Notes: generated by a model not told the origin, from the sequence alone. DNA of 21,468 nucleotides from a bacterium (GCA_043817485.1 JBDRGX010000146.1:1-21468); one strand, 5' to 3'. Positions 9,312-18,551 are shown, numbered from the stretch's first letter. Translations and numbers: made by a program.

Positions 9312-9683
9312 ATGCAAAAACGAAGTTATAACAGAAGTGATAGAGTTGAAAAATTAATTCATCAGGAGATAAGTAATATTTTACAAAAAGAAATTAATGA
9401 TTCAAGATTACAATTTGTTACAATTATAGAAACAAAAGTTTCTAAAGATTTACATTATGCAGATGTTTTTGTAAATTCTTATCAAGGAGATATAAACAAA
9501 TATATAAAAATTTTAAATAAAGCTATTCCTTTTATTCGACAAAAATTAGCTTCTAAAATAAAATTAGTATGTACTCCAGAAATTAGATTTAAAGTAGACC
9601 AAACAATAGAATATAATGCTCATATTTTTTCTTTATTAAAAAAGGATCGGGAAAAAAATAATGAACCAAACCCAGAAAATTAA
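9312..9683 (+). CDS. rbfA: Ribosome-binding factor A
   Basis: RSDRVEKLI, DSRL.FVTI, VSKDLHYADVF, TPEIRFKVDQTIE. Start placed at ATG 9312 (AAGGA upstream). Confidence 0.95.
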   Translation: MQKRSYNRSDRVEKLIHQEISNILQKEINDSRLQFVTIIETKVSKDLHYADVFVNSYQGDINKYIKILNKAIPFIRQKLASKIKLVCTPEIRFKVDQTIEYNAHIFSLLKKDREKNNEPNPEN

Positions 9684-10635
9684 GGAAATACTGGAAATTT
9701 TAAAAGTAAAAAATAATTTTTTAATTACTTCTCATATTGATCCAGATGGAGATTCTATTGGTTCTCAAATTGCTTTATTTCTTTTTTTAAAAAAAATGGG
9801 GAAAAAGGTTTCAATCATAAATGAATCTTCAATTCCAGATGTATATAAATTTTTACCTAACAGTAATATGATTGCATTAGAAAATAAAAAAGAAAATTTT
9901 GAAGTAGCTATAGTATTAGATTGTGGAGATTTTGATAGAGCAGGAAAAATAAAAGAAATTTGTAAAAAAACAAAGTATATAATAAATATTGATCATCATA
10001 TTACTAATAATAATTTTGGAAATATAAATTATGTTGATGGAAAATCAAGTTCTTGTGGTGAACAAATATATAAAATTATTGAAATGGCAGATAAATCATT
10101 ATTAGATAAAGAAATATCTATTTGTTTATATACAGCAATTATGACAGATACGGGTTCTTTTAAATACAATAATACTTCTTTATTAACTCATAAAATAGCA
10201 ATTGAATTAATGAAATATGAAATTGATCCATATGATATATACAAAAAAGCATATTATGATAAATCTTTATTAAGCCTTAAATTATTAAGTAAAGCATTAG
10301 TAAGTCTTAAAGTAGATAAATCTGGAAAAATAGCATGGATAGTTTTGCCTTATGAAATATGTAAAAATTATAGTTTAGAAGATACAGAAGGAATTATTGA
10401 AATTCCTCGAAGTATTAAAAACATAGAAATGGTAATATTTTTTAAAGAATGGCAAAAAGATAAAGTAAAAATTACTTTTAGATCAAATGAAAATATAGAT
10501 GTAAGTAAAATTGCTAAATTTTTCAATGGAGGCGGTCATTTTCAAGCATCTGGATGCATGATTTTTGATACTTTAAAAAACGCTAAAAAACAAGTATTTA
10601 ATAAAATTAAAGAACTTGGATTATATAATGAATAA
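9661..10635 (+). CDS. nrnA: DHH/DHHA1 phosphoesterase (nanoRNase/pAp phosphatase)
   Basis: HIDPDGDSIGS, VLDC, IDHH, TDTGSF, GGGHFQASG; usual position after rbfA. Confidence 0.92.
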   Translation: MNQTQKIKEILEILKVKNNFLITSHIDPDGDSIGSQIALFLFLKKMGKKVSIINESSIPDVYKFLPNSNMIALENKKENFEVAIVLDCGDFDRAGKIKEICKKTKYIINIDHHITNNNFGNINYVDGKSSSCGEQIYKIIEMADKSLLDKEISICLYTAIMTDTGSFKYNNTSLLTHKIAIELMKYEIDPYDIYKKAYYDKSLLSLKLLSKALVSLKVDKSGKIAWIVLPYEICKNYSLEDTEGIIEIPRSIKNIEMVIFFKEWQKDKVKITFRSNENIDVSKIAKFFNGGGHFQASGCMIFDTLKNAKKQVFNKIKELGLYNE

Positions 10636-11482
10636 ACCATTTCCATCTTGGCTTCGGAAAAAATTACCAAATTATCAAGAACAACAAAAAACTATTTCGA
10701 TATTAAATAAATACAATCTTTTTACAGTTTGTACTTCTGCTAAATGTCCTAATATGGGAGAATGCTTTAGTAAGTCTATTCTTACAGTGCTTATTTTAGG
10801 CAATATTTGTACAAGAAATTGTAGATTTTGTGCTATTGAAACTGGAATTCTTCAAAAACCAGATTCAACAGAGCCATTAAAAGTAGCTCAACTTATTAAA
10901 GAATTAAATTTAAAATATGCTGTAATTACTTCTGTTACAAGAGATGATCTTATAGATGGTGGAGCAGAACATTTTGCTTTAGTAATAAAAGAAATAAGAA
11001 CACTTATTCCAGAAGTAAAAATAGAAGTATTAACACCAGATTTTGAAGGAAAAAAAGAAAGCATAAAAATTGTGATAAAAGCAAAACCAGATGTTTTTGC
11101 TCATAATATAGAAACTGTGCCTTCTTTATATGAAAAAGTAAGACCAAAAGCTAATTATGAAAGATCTCTTAAATTATTAGAAATGATTAAACAAGAAAAT
11201 TCTTTTCTTTATACTAAATCTGGTATTATGCTTGGATTAGGAGAAAAAGAAAATGAAGTAATTCAAATAATGGAAGATCTTATAAAAGCAGGGTGTGATA
11301 TTTTAACTATTGGACAATACTTATCTCCGTCGAAAAACCATTTAAAAGTAGAAGAATATATTCATCCAGAAAAATTTGAATATTATAAAAAAATTGCTCA
11401 AGAAATGGGATTTTTTTATGTAATGTCTGGGCCTTTTGTAAGAAGTTCATTTCATGCAAATATGATTTTTGAAAAAAATTAA
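10628..11482 (+). CDS. lipA: Lipoyl synthase
   Basis: CTSAKCPNMGEC auxiliary cluster motif, radical SAM CTRNCRFC, TSVTRDDL.DGGA, HNIETV, GPFVRSS. ATG 10628 overlaps the nrnA stop. Confidence 0.97.
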   Translation: MNKPFPSWLRKKLPNYQEQQKTISILNKYNLFTVCTSAKCPNMGECFSKSILTVLILGNICTRNCRFCAIETGILQKPDSTEPLKVAQLIKELNLKYAVITSVTRDDLIDGGAEHFALVIKEIRTLIPEVKIEVLTPDFEGKKESIKIVIKAKPDVFAHNIETVPSLYEKVRPKANYERSLKLLEMIKQENSFLYTKSGIMLGLGEKENEVIQIMEDLIKAGCDILTIGQYLSPSKNHLKVEEYIHPEKFEYYKKIAQEMGFFYVMSGPFVRSSFHANMIFEKN

Positions 11483-11508
11483 AACATTTTATATCAGAGG
11501 AGGTTGAA

Positions 11509-12462
11509 GTGTCTGATCAACAAAAAATAGGGCTTTTATTCCCTGGACAAGGATCTCAATATGTTGGCATGGGAAAAGATTTTTATGAACATAGTGAAAA
11601 AGCAAAAGAAATTTATGATAAAGCAAGTAAAATACTTGGACAAGATATTGCTAAATTATGTTTTGAAGATATAGATAAAAAACTAAATGAAACTCTTTTT
11701 ACTCAAGTAGCCATGTTTACTACAACTATTGCTTATTTTGAAGTTTTTCAAGAAAAATTTCAAAATTTAGAAATGGTTCATTTTTTGGCTGGACATAGTT
11801 TAGGAGAATATGCTGCTTTAGTAGCAAGTAAAACTTTAGATTTTGAAACTGGACTTATGTTGGTACAAAAAAGAGCAGAAATTATGAATGATATTGCCCA
11901 AAAAAATCCTGGTAAAATGGCAGCAATTATTGGGTTAGAAAGAAAAATAGTTGAAGAATGTTGTCAACAAGAAAAATCTTTAGGAATAGTAGAACCAGTT
12001 AATTTTAATACACCATTACAAATAGTTATTTCTGGAGAAGAAAAAGCAGTTTTAAAAACAATGGAACAATGCAAAAATAAAGGAGGTAAATGTATTTTAC
12101 TTAAGGTAAACGGAGCATTTCATTCATCTTTAATGAAAGAAGCAGGAGAAAAATTAGCACTGGTATTAAATGCAATTAATTTTTTCCCAGTACAAATACC
12201 TATTGTTTCTAATGTTACTGGAATTGCTACAAAAAATCCAGATGAAATAAAAAAACTTCTTTCTTTACAAATTTTTAGTCCTGTAGAATGGGTAAAATCT
12301 ATTAATTATATTGAAAATCAAAATATAAATACTTTTATTGAAATTGGTCCTGGAAAAGTTTTAAATGGTTTATGTTCTAAAATTATAGAAAAAGCAAAAA
12401 TTTATAATATAGAAAAGTTTATAGATTTAGAAAAAATTACAATATGTCTTGACAAAAATTAA
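11509..12462 (+). CDS. fabD: Malonyl-CoA:ACP transacylase
   Basis: FPGQGSQ.VGMG, GHSLGEY, GAFHS, EIGPGKVL; GTG start with GGAGG RBS. Confidence 0.97.
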   Translation: MSDQQKIGLLFPGQGSQYVGMGKDFYEHSEKAKEIYDKASKILGQDIAKLCFEDIDKKLNETLFTQVAMFTTTIAYFEVFQEKFQNLEMVHFLAGHSLGEYAALVASKTLDFETGLMLVQKRAEIMNDIAQKNPGKMAAIIGLERKIVEECCQQEKSLGIVEPVNFNTPLQIVISGEEKAVLKTMEQCKNKGGKCILLKVNGAFHSSLMKEAGEKLALVLNAINFFPVQIPIVSNVTGIATKNPDEIKKLLSLQIFSPVEWVKSINYIENQNINTFIEIGPGKVLNGLCSKIIEKAKIYNIEKFIDLEKITICLDKN

Positions 12463-12496
12463 TTATTAAAAAATAAATGAAAAGGAGAGAAAAATT

Positions 12497-12832
12497 ATGA
12501 ATAATATATTGTTAACTACTTTACTTATTATTTTTTTTGGACTTTTGGGCTGGTTAATTGTAAGTATTATTTTAGCTACTTATCATCTTAGAAAAATTTT
12601 TGTAAAAATTGAAGAATTATTAGACGAAATAAAACCTTGTATTAAAAAAATAAATGAACTATTAGATGAAATAAAAATTATTACTTCTAATATTGAAAAA
12701 AAAGCAAGTATTTCTATAGTAAGTGGAATAATAAATAATGTTGTTAATATTATGAAAACTTTAGGACCTATTTTAAAAATAGGAAATTTTATTGCAAAAA
12801 TGAGTAATTTATTTAAAAAAAAATCTAAATAA
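12497..12832 (+). CDS. DUF948/YtxG-like small membrane protein
   Basis: N-terminal TM followed by coiled coil; directly upstream of a YtxH-like gene as in ytxG-ytxH; AGGAG RBS. Confidence 0.6.
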   Translation: MNNILLTTLLIIFFGLLGWLIVSIILATYHLRKIFVKIEELLDEIKPCIKKINELLDEIKIITSNIEKKASISIVSGIINNVVNIMKTLGPILKIGNFIAKMSNLFKKKSK

Positions 12833-12882
12833 TGAACAAAGTACAAAATTTTAATATTTTTTTAAAAAAAGGAGTTTTAAAA

Positions 12883-13185
12883 ATGGCAAAAAATAATAAT
12901 GCAACAAATAATCTTATCTCTTTTTTAATTGGTGGGACAATTGGTGCTGCACTTGGTATTCTTTTTACCCCTTGTTCTGGAAAAGAAACAAGAGAAAAAA
13001 TAAAAGAAGATTTACTTAAAGCCAAAGAAAATCTTGAAAATATTTATGGAGTAACTAAAGAAAAAGCTGATGAATTAGGAGAAGAAATAAAAGACGAAAT
13101 TAGTAATTTAAAAGGTAAAATAGAAGAAATTACTACAAAAATAAAAGAAAAAAGTAAAGAAATAACTGGAAAAATTTCTGTTTAA
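12883..13185 (+). CDS. YtxH domain protein
   Basis: FLIGGTIGAALGILFTPCSGKETREKIK signature; ATG 12883 with AAGGAG RBS. Confidence 0.9.
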   Translation: MAKNNNATNNLISFLIGGTIGAALGILFTPCSGKETREKIKEDLLKAKENLENIYGVTKEKADELGEEIKDEISNLKGKIEEITTKIKEKSKEITGKISV

Positions 13186-13202
13186 ACTGGAAAAATTTAA
13201 AT

Positions 13203-13575
13203 ATGAAAAATATAGAAATAACTTCTAAACAAAAAGCAATATTAATTTACAAAGAAATGTTAAATAAAAAAGCTTCTGATATTATTATTTTAGATTTAAC
13301 ATCTCTTTCTACTTTTACTGATTTTTTTATTATTTGTAATGGACATTCTATTCCTCATCTTCGAACACTTGTAAGTACTGTTCAAGAAACATTAAAAAAA
13401 AATAAATGAAATGGCTTTTTATGTAAGTGGACAGGAAAATAGTAAATGGCTTGTAGTAGATTCTTTTGATGTTGTAATCCATATATTTCATCCAGAAATA
13501 AGAGAATTTTATAGATTAGAAGATTTATGGGGCGATGCATCTAAAATAAAAGTAAGTGATAAAACACCTGCTTAA
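13203..13575 (+). pseudogene. rsfS: Ribosome silencing factor RsfS, split by a frameshift in an A9 tract
   Basis: 5' ORF (KKASDIIILDL, TDFFIICNG) stops at 13409. The +1 frame continues ...GQENSKWLVVDSFDVVIHIFHPEIREFYRLEDLWGDA... to TAA at 13575. Removing one A from 13394-13402 restores a single ORF. Confidence 0.9.
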
Positions 13576-13640
13576 TATTTAAAAGAAGAAAAAAAATAAC
13601 AATACAACATATTATTATCTAACAAATTAAGGGGAAAAAT

Positions 13641-15335
13641 ATGTTATCTGATATTAAAATATCTCAACAAACAAAATTAAAGCCAATTACTGAAATAGCA
13701 AAATCTATAGGAATAGAAGAAGAATATTTGGAATTATATGGAAAAAACAAAGCCAAAATATCATTAAATATTTTAGAAAAAATAATTGATAAACCTAATG
13801 GAATTTATATAAATGTTACAGCTATTACTCCTACTCCTTTAGGAGAAGGTAAAACACTTACTACTATTGGTTTATCTTTAGGATTAAATAAAATTTCGAA
13901 AAAAACTATTGCTTGTATTCGTCAACCTTCATTAGGTCCAGTATTTGGAATTAAAGGTGGAGCAGCAGGAGGTGGTTATTCTCAAGTAATTCCAATGGAA
14001 GATTTTAACCTTCATTTGACAGGAGATATGCATGCAGTTAGTATTGCTCATAACCTATGTGCTGCTTATTTAGATAATTCTATTTTAAAAAAAAATAAAC
14101 TTAATATTGATCCTCTCAAAATAAATTGGAAAAGAGTTATTGATTTAAATGATAGAACATTGAGACATATTTTAATTGGATTAGGTGGAGGAGATAATGG
14201 AACACCAAGAGAAACTGGTTTTGACATTACTCCCGCATCAGAAATAATGGCTATTTTAGCTTTATCAACTGACTTAAAAGATTTAAGAAAAAGATTAGGA
14301 AGAATTGTAGTAGCTACTGATTATGATGATAATCCAGTTACAGCAGAAGATTTAAAAGTAGCTGGTGCTATGGCAGTGCTTTTAAAAGATGCTATTAAGC
14401 CAAATCTTATGCAAACAACAGAACATACTCCTTGTTTTATTCATGCTGGTCCTTTTGCTAATATTGCTCATGGAAATAGTTCAATAATAGCAGATAAAAT
14501 TGCTTTAAAATTAGCTGATTGTGTAGTTACAGAAAGTGGATTTGGTGCTGATTGTGGTACAGAAAAATTCTTTGACATAAAAAATCGATATAGTGGACTT
14601 GTTCCTAATGTAGTAGTAATTGTTTGTACTGTACGAGCTTTAAAAATGCACAGTGGAGGTTTTAGAATAATTCCGGGAAAATCATTAGATGAAAATTTGA
14701 TTAAAGAAAATTTAGATGCTATCAAAAAAGGATCTTGTAATTTAGAAAAACATATAGAAAATTTAAAACTTTTTGGAATTCCTATTGTAGTTGCAATTAA
14801 TAAATTTTCTACTGATACTCAAGCAGAAATTGATTTAATTAAAAAAATAGCTTTAAATATTGGTGCTGATGAAGTAGCAGAAAGCGAAGTTTGGGAAAAA
14901 GGTGGAGAAGGAGGTATTGAATTAGCCAAAGCAGTTATGAAAGCAGTTAATAAACCAAACAACTTTAAATTTTTATATCCATTAAATATTTCTATTAAAG
15001 AAAAAATTGAGAAAATTGCTAAAGAAATTTATGGAGCTCAAAAAGTAAAATATTCTTCATTGGCTTTACAAAAAATAAAAATATATACTAAATTAGGTTA
15101 TGATAATTTACCTATTTGTATGGCAAAAACTCACCTTTCTATTTCTCATGATCCTCTTTTGAAAGGAAGACCTCAAAATTTTATACTGCCTATTCAAGAT
15201 ATTAAAGCATCCATAGGAGCTGGTTTTTTATATCCTCTTTGTGGGGAAATGAAAACTATGCCGGGCTTACCATCTATTCCTTGTGGAACAAAAGTAGATT
15301 TAGATGAAAATGATAATATTATCGGATTATTTTAA
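13641..15335 (+). CDS. fhs: Formate--tetrahydrofolate ligase
   Basis: TAITPTPLGEGKT, RQPSLGPVFGIKGGAAGGGYSQV, HAGPFANIAHG, ESGFGAD, CMAKTHLS, MPGLP. Confidence 0.98.
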   Translation: MLSDIKISQQTKLKPITEIAKSIGIEEEYLELYGKNKAKISLNILEKIIDKPNGIYINVTAITPTPLGEGKTLTTIGLSLGLNKISKKTIACIRQPSLGPVFGIKGGAAGGGYSQVIPMEDFNLHLTGDMHAVSIAHNLCAAYLDNSILKKNKLNIDPLKINWKRVIDLNDRTLRHILIGLGGGDNGTPRETGFDITPASEIMAILALSTDLKDLRKRLGRIVVATDYDDNPVTAEDLKVAGAMAVLLKDAIKPNLMQTTEHTPCFIHAGPFANIAHGNSSIIADKIALKLADCVVTESGFGADCGTEKFFDIKNRYSGLVPNVVVIVCTVRALKMHSGGFRIIPGKSLDENLIKENLDAIKKGSCNLEKHIENLKLFGIPIVVAINKFSTDTQAEIDLIKKIALNIGADEVAESEVWEKGGEGGIELAKAVMKAVNKPNNFKFLYPLNISIKEKIEKIAKEIYGAQKVKYSSLALQKIKIYTKLGYDNLPICMAKTHLSISHDPLLKGRPQNFILPIQDIKASIGAGFLYPLCGEMKTMPGLPSIPCGTKVDLDENDNIIGLF

Positions 15336-15337
15336 TT

Positions 15338-15973
15338 ATGTATCTAAATCAATCTATTAAAAAATATCTTGATGATCTTTCTTCTAATTCTTCTATTCCA
15401 GGAGGAGGTAGTGTTGCTGCATTAGTTTCTGCTCTTTGTGCAGGACTTGTTAGTATGGTAGCAAATTTTACTCTTGGAAAGGAAAAATATCAAAATGTCG
15501 AATCACAAATAAAAGAAATTTTATTTGTATCAGAACAAATTAAAAAAGAAAGTGAAGAATTAATAGATAAAGATACAGAAGTTTATAAAGAAGTTTCAAA
15601 TGCTTATCAATTACCTAAAACATTAATACAAGAAAAACAAATAAGATCTGATGCTATTCAAAATGCTTTAAAAAAAGCAATAGAAGTTCCTTTGAAAATA
15701 ACAAATATTTGTTTTAAATTGATAGAATTAAATAAACAAATTGTGAATATTGGTAATAAAAATTTAATAAGTGATGTAGGAGTAAGTATTTTATTAGCAG
15801 AAGCATCTTTGAAATCAGCATTGTTAAATGTTGAAATAAATTTAAAAGGAATTAAAGATATTGTTTTTAATGAAAAAATAAAAAAACAAATTGAAGAAAT
15901 TGATAAAAAAGCAGAAGAAATAAAAAATGAAGTATTAAAAAAAATAATGATACAAATTCAAAGAAATATATAA
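15338..15973 (+). CDS. fchA: Cyclodeaminase/cyclohydrolase family protein (methenyl-THF cyclohydrolase FchA-like)
   Basis: PGGGSVAAL, MVANFT.GK, GNKNLISDVG, NVEINL; directly downstream of fhs. Confidence 0.9.
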   Translation: MYLNQSIKKYLDDLSSNSSIPGGGSVAALVSALCAGLVSMVANFTLGKEKYQNVESQIKEILFVSEQIKKESEELIDKDTEVYKEVSNAYQLPKTLIQEKQIRSDAIQNALKKAIEVPLKITNICFKLIELNKQIVNIGNKNLISDVGVSILLAEASLKSALLNVEINLKGIKDIVFNEKIKKQIEEIDKKAEEIKNEVLKKIMIQIQRNI

Positions 15974-16007
15974 TAACCTAATTTCCCGCACATATTATAA
16001 CCATGTC
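15974..16007 (+). repeat. Isolated end of MITE family A
   Basis: TAACCTAATTTCCCGCACATATTATAACCATGTC resembles the reverse complement of the end at 19080 (TATCCTAAATTCCCACATTTAATTATAACTAT). Confidence 0.55.
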
Positions 16008-16035
16008 AGCAAATTCTAAAATCTAAAATTTTTCA

Positions 16036-16365
16036 TAAATAATGTCACCCTTTCAGGGTTAGAATTTAATGTAATTATCTATTTGCTACAATAATACCAC
16101 CCCTTCGGGGTTAGAATGGTTGATGACCCACGATGATTTTAGATTTTGTCATTTTTTACACCACTCAATGGTATAATAAATTCCATAGTAAAGTCGCAAG
16201 AAAATTCCATAGTGATAGAGGTAAGAAAATGTATTTAAATCAAGAAAAAGATTGTGGTGATTTTCACTATTAAAGCCTGAAGGGCTGACATTATTATAGC
16301 AATTATCAAATAATTTACTGTTCAACCTTGAAAGGGTGGCATTATTATAGAAGGTGACATTATAT
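16036..16365. repeat. Cluster of four hairpin REP-like repeats (two in each orientation) plus a partial copy
   Basis: Consensus about AACCCYGAARGGGTGACATTATTATAG. Reverse copies at ~16036-16065 and ~16085-16117, forward copies at ~16273-16302 and ~16324-16350, partial copy at 16351-16365. Confidence 0.8.
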
Positions 16366-16540
16366 TTGTCATGACAAATATAAATAATTCATGCTTTTGT
16401 GGTAATTTCTAATTGCACAGATTCAAAAAATTCAATAAATCGTTAACCTTGAAAAAAATGTTCGATATAATTCATCATCTCTGATTTTCTTTAGCAATTA
16501 ACCAATCCTTTGTAATAAATACCCAATTGATTAATGTTAA

Positions 16541-16708
16541 TATCCTAAATCCTTGCTTTTAGGATAATTATGTTCCCTGAAAAATAAAAAAAACATGAAT
16601 TTCTCTTTTTTATGGTTATAATTTAATTAGAATTATGAAAAGGACTAAATTTCTTTATTTTTAATTAATTTCAAACTTACAGTTATAGAAATTCGGGAAT
16701 TCAGATTA
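16541..16708 (-). mobile_element. MITE family A, 168-bp copy
   Basis: End 16675-16708 (reverse complement) matches 18723-18756 at 29/34 nt. End 16541-16597 (TATCCTAAAT...ATAATTATGTTCC...TAAAAAAAACATG) resembles the reverse complements of the ends at 18828 and 19080. Confidence 0.7.
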
Positions 16709-16746
16709 GGAACATAATATCGGTAGAAAACAATAATTTTTGCTTT

Positions 16747-18489
16747 TTATTGATTTGAAGTTTTTATTTTATTATTATATTCTTTATATTCTTGTAATAA
16801 ATTAGTTATCAATTTATTATTTTTTTCTTTTATTTCATTTATTTTTTGTTTTAATAAATCATTTTTTATTTTTTTTAAATAATCATTATAAAAAATTTCC
16901 GTTTTTTCGTCTTGATCTGTTTCTATTATAATTTTTGAAATATCATTAACTAATTCTTTTTCTTGGATATAATTCATAATATTAGAAGTCGTAATAACGA
17001 TTCCTTTTTCATTTAAAGAAAATAAAATTTCTATTATTTTTTTTATTTTTTCTTGTTTAAAATATAAAATATCAATTTCATTTTTCACTTTTTTAATTAT
17101 TTCATTATCTTCTAACATAAACCTTATTAAACTTTTTCCTATTCGTGTAGTAATTTCATCAGTTTTATTTTCTAAAAGTATTTTTGTAGGGTTTCCTTTT
17201 TTTTGAAATCTTTCTATTTCCTTTATTATAATATTTTCTGTAATTTTTAATAAAAAAGCAATTTTTTTAATATATTCTGCTTTTTCAATTTCATTAACTA
17301 TTTGCAATATAAATGGAAGAATTTCTTTTACTATTTTTATTTTACCTTCAGAAGAAAAAATATCGTTATTTAAGGTTGCAATTTTTAATTTATAATCAAA
17401 TATTGAATAAGCATTTTCTATTAATTTTAAAAATTCTTCTTTTCCATTTTTTTCAATAAAATTATCTGGATCTGTATTTTGAGGTAAAACAACTATTTTT
17501 GTTTCCATATTTTTACTTATTAAAAGATCTAATCCTCTAAAAGTAGCAGATTTACCTGCTTCATCTCCGTCATAAATAATAATTATTTTATCAGTAAATC
17601 TTTTAATAAGCTTTATATGTCCTTCTGTTAAAGATGTTCCTGATATAGCAACTGCATTAAGAATACCTACTTGATATAATCTTAATAAATCCATATATCC
17701 TTCTACAATAATTAAACATTTTTGCTTACAAATTTCTTCTTTAGCAAAATATAATCCATAAAGATAATGACTTTTGCTATAACAAATAGTTTCTGGAGAA
17801 TTAAGATATTTAGGCAAACTTTTATCTAATATTCTGCCTCCAAAACCACAAATTTTTCCAGATAAATTATGTAAAGGAAAAATGATTCTATTGCAAAAAC
17901 GATCATAAAAAAATTTTTGTTCTGTATCACGAAAAACAATAAGTCCAGACTTATTTAAAATATTTATAGAATAACCATCTGTTTGTGCTTTTTTAAATAT
18001 GGATATGTTTGAAGCATATCCTAATTCAAATTTTTCAATCACTTCTTTTTTTAGATTACGAGAATTTATATATTCATAAGCTTTTTTCCCAATAATAGTA
18101 TCATTTAAACATTTTTTATAAAATTCTTTTGCATATTTATTAATTTCAAAAATTTCTTCTTTTTCTTTATTTTTTTCTTCTTGTTTAGAATCTATTTTTG
18201 AAATTTTAATATTTAATCTTTCTGCTAATAATTCTATAGCTTCTGGAAAATTAATTTTATTATAAAGCATAATAAAATTAATAGCATTTCCACCTACTCC
18301 ACATCCAAAACAATGAAAAATTCCTTTTAGTGGATTAACAAAAAAAGAAGGGGTTTTTTCAGAATGAAAAGGACAAGGGGCTTTAAAATCTCTACCAGAT
18401 TTTTTTAAGGGAATATAAGAAGAAATGATTTCTACAATATTTACATTTTCACGAATTTGATTTATTATTTCTTCTGGAATATGATTCAA
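16747..18489 (-). CDS. dnaG: DNA primase
   Basis: CHC2 zinc finger CPFHSEKTPSF...FHCFGCG, DRF.NRIIFP, GFGGR, PKYLNSPET, TOPRIM VEGYMD, YDGDEAG, DPD; TTG start with GAGGT RBS. Confidence 0.98.
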   Translation of the reverse strand: MNHIPEEIINQIRENVNIVEIISSYIPLKKSGRDFKAPCPFHSEKTPSFFVNPLKGIFHCFGCGVGGNAINFIMLYNKINFPEAIELLAERLNIKISKIDSKQEEKNKEKEEIFEINKYAKEFYKKCLNDTIIGKKAYEYINSRNLKKEVIEKFELGYASNISIFKKAQTDGYSINILNKSGLIVFRDTEQKFFYDRFCNRIIFPLHNLSGKICGFGGRILDKSLPKYLNSPETICYSKSHYLYGLYFAKEEICKQKCLIIVEGYMDLLRLYQVGILNAVAISGTSLTEGHIKLIKRFTDKIIIIYDGDEAGKSATFRGLDLLISKNMETKIVVLPQNTDPDNFIEKNGKEEFLKLIENAYSIFDYKLKIATLNNDIFSSEGKIKIVKEILPFILQIVNEIEKAEYIKKIAFLLKITENIIIKEIERFQKKGNPTKILLENKTDEITTRIGKSLIRFMLEDNEIIKKVKNEIDILYFKQEKIKKIIEILFSLNEKGIVITTSNIMNYIQEKELVNDISKIIIETDQDEKTEIFYNDYLKKIKNDLLKQKINEIKEKNNKLITNLLQEYKEYNNKIKTSNQ

Positions 18490-18521
18490 AATATACCTCT
18501 TTTAATTTATAACAAGTTATA

Positions 18522-18551
18522 TTTATAAAATTGAGTGATATGATTTGTCAA
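18522..18551 (-). promoter_or_regulatory. Putative sigma70 promoter of dnaG
   Basis: Minus strand TTGACA (18551-18546), 18-bp spacer, TATAAA (18527-18522), about 30 nt upstream of the start. Confidence 0.45.

Noticed and set aside
16178-16213. Direct repeat AAATTCCATAGT, two copies 24 bp apart
   Set aside because: Only two copies; a local duplication with no assignable function.
16229-16273. 14-codon ORF MYLNQEKDCGDFHY with GAGGT upstream, sharing MYLNQ with the FchA N-terminus
   Set aside because: Similarity ends after 5 codons in AT-rich sequence; too short to support.
16036-16350. Possible CRISPR array
   Set aside because: Repeats are degenerate, occur in both orientations, are unevenly spaced, and no cas genes are present.
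16390-16535. Coding-like minus-strand fragments (for example KIRDDELYRTFF)
   Set aside because: Broken by stops and frameshifts and no family recognised; BLASTX would be needed.
16567-16718. 10-bp inverted repeat ATTATGTTCC / GGAACATAAT
   Set aside because: The left arm is part of the family A end, so no independent element is supported.
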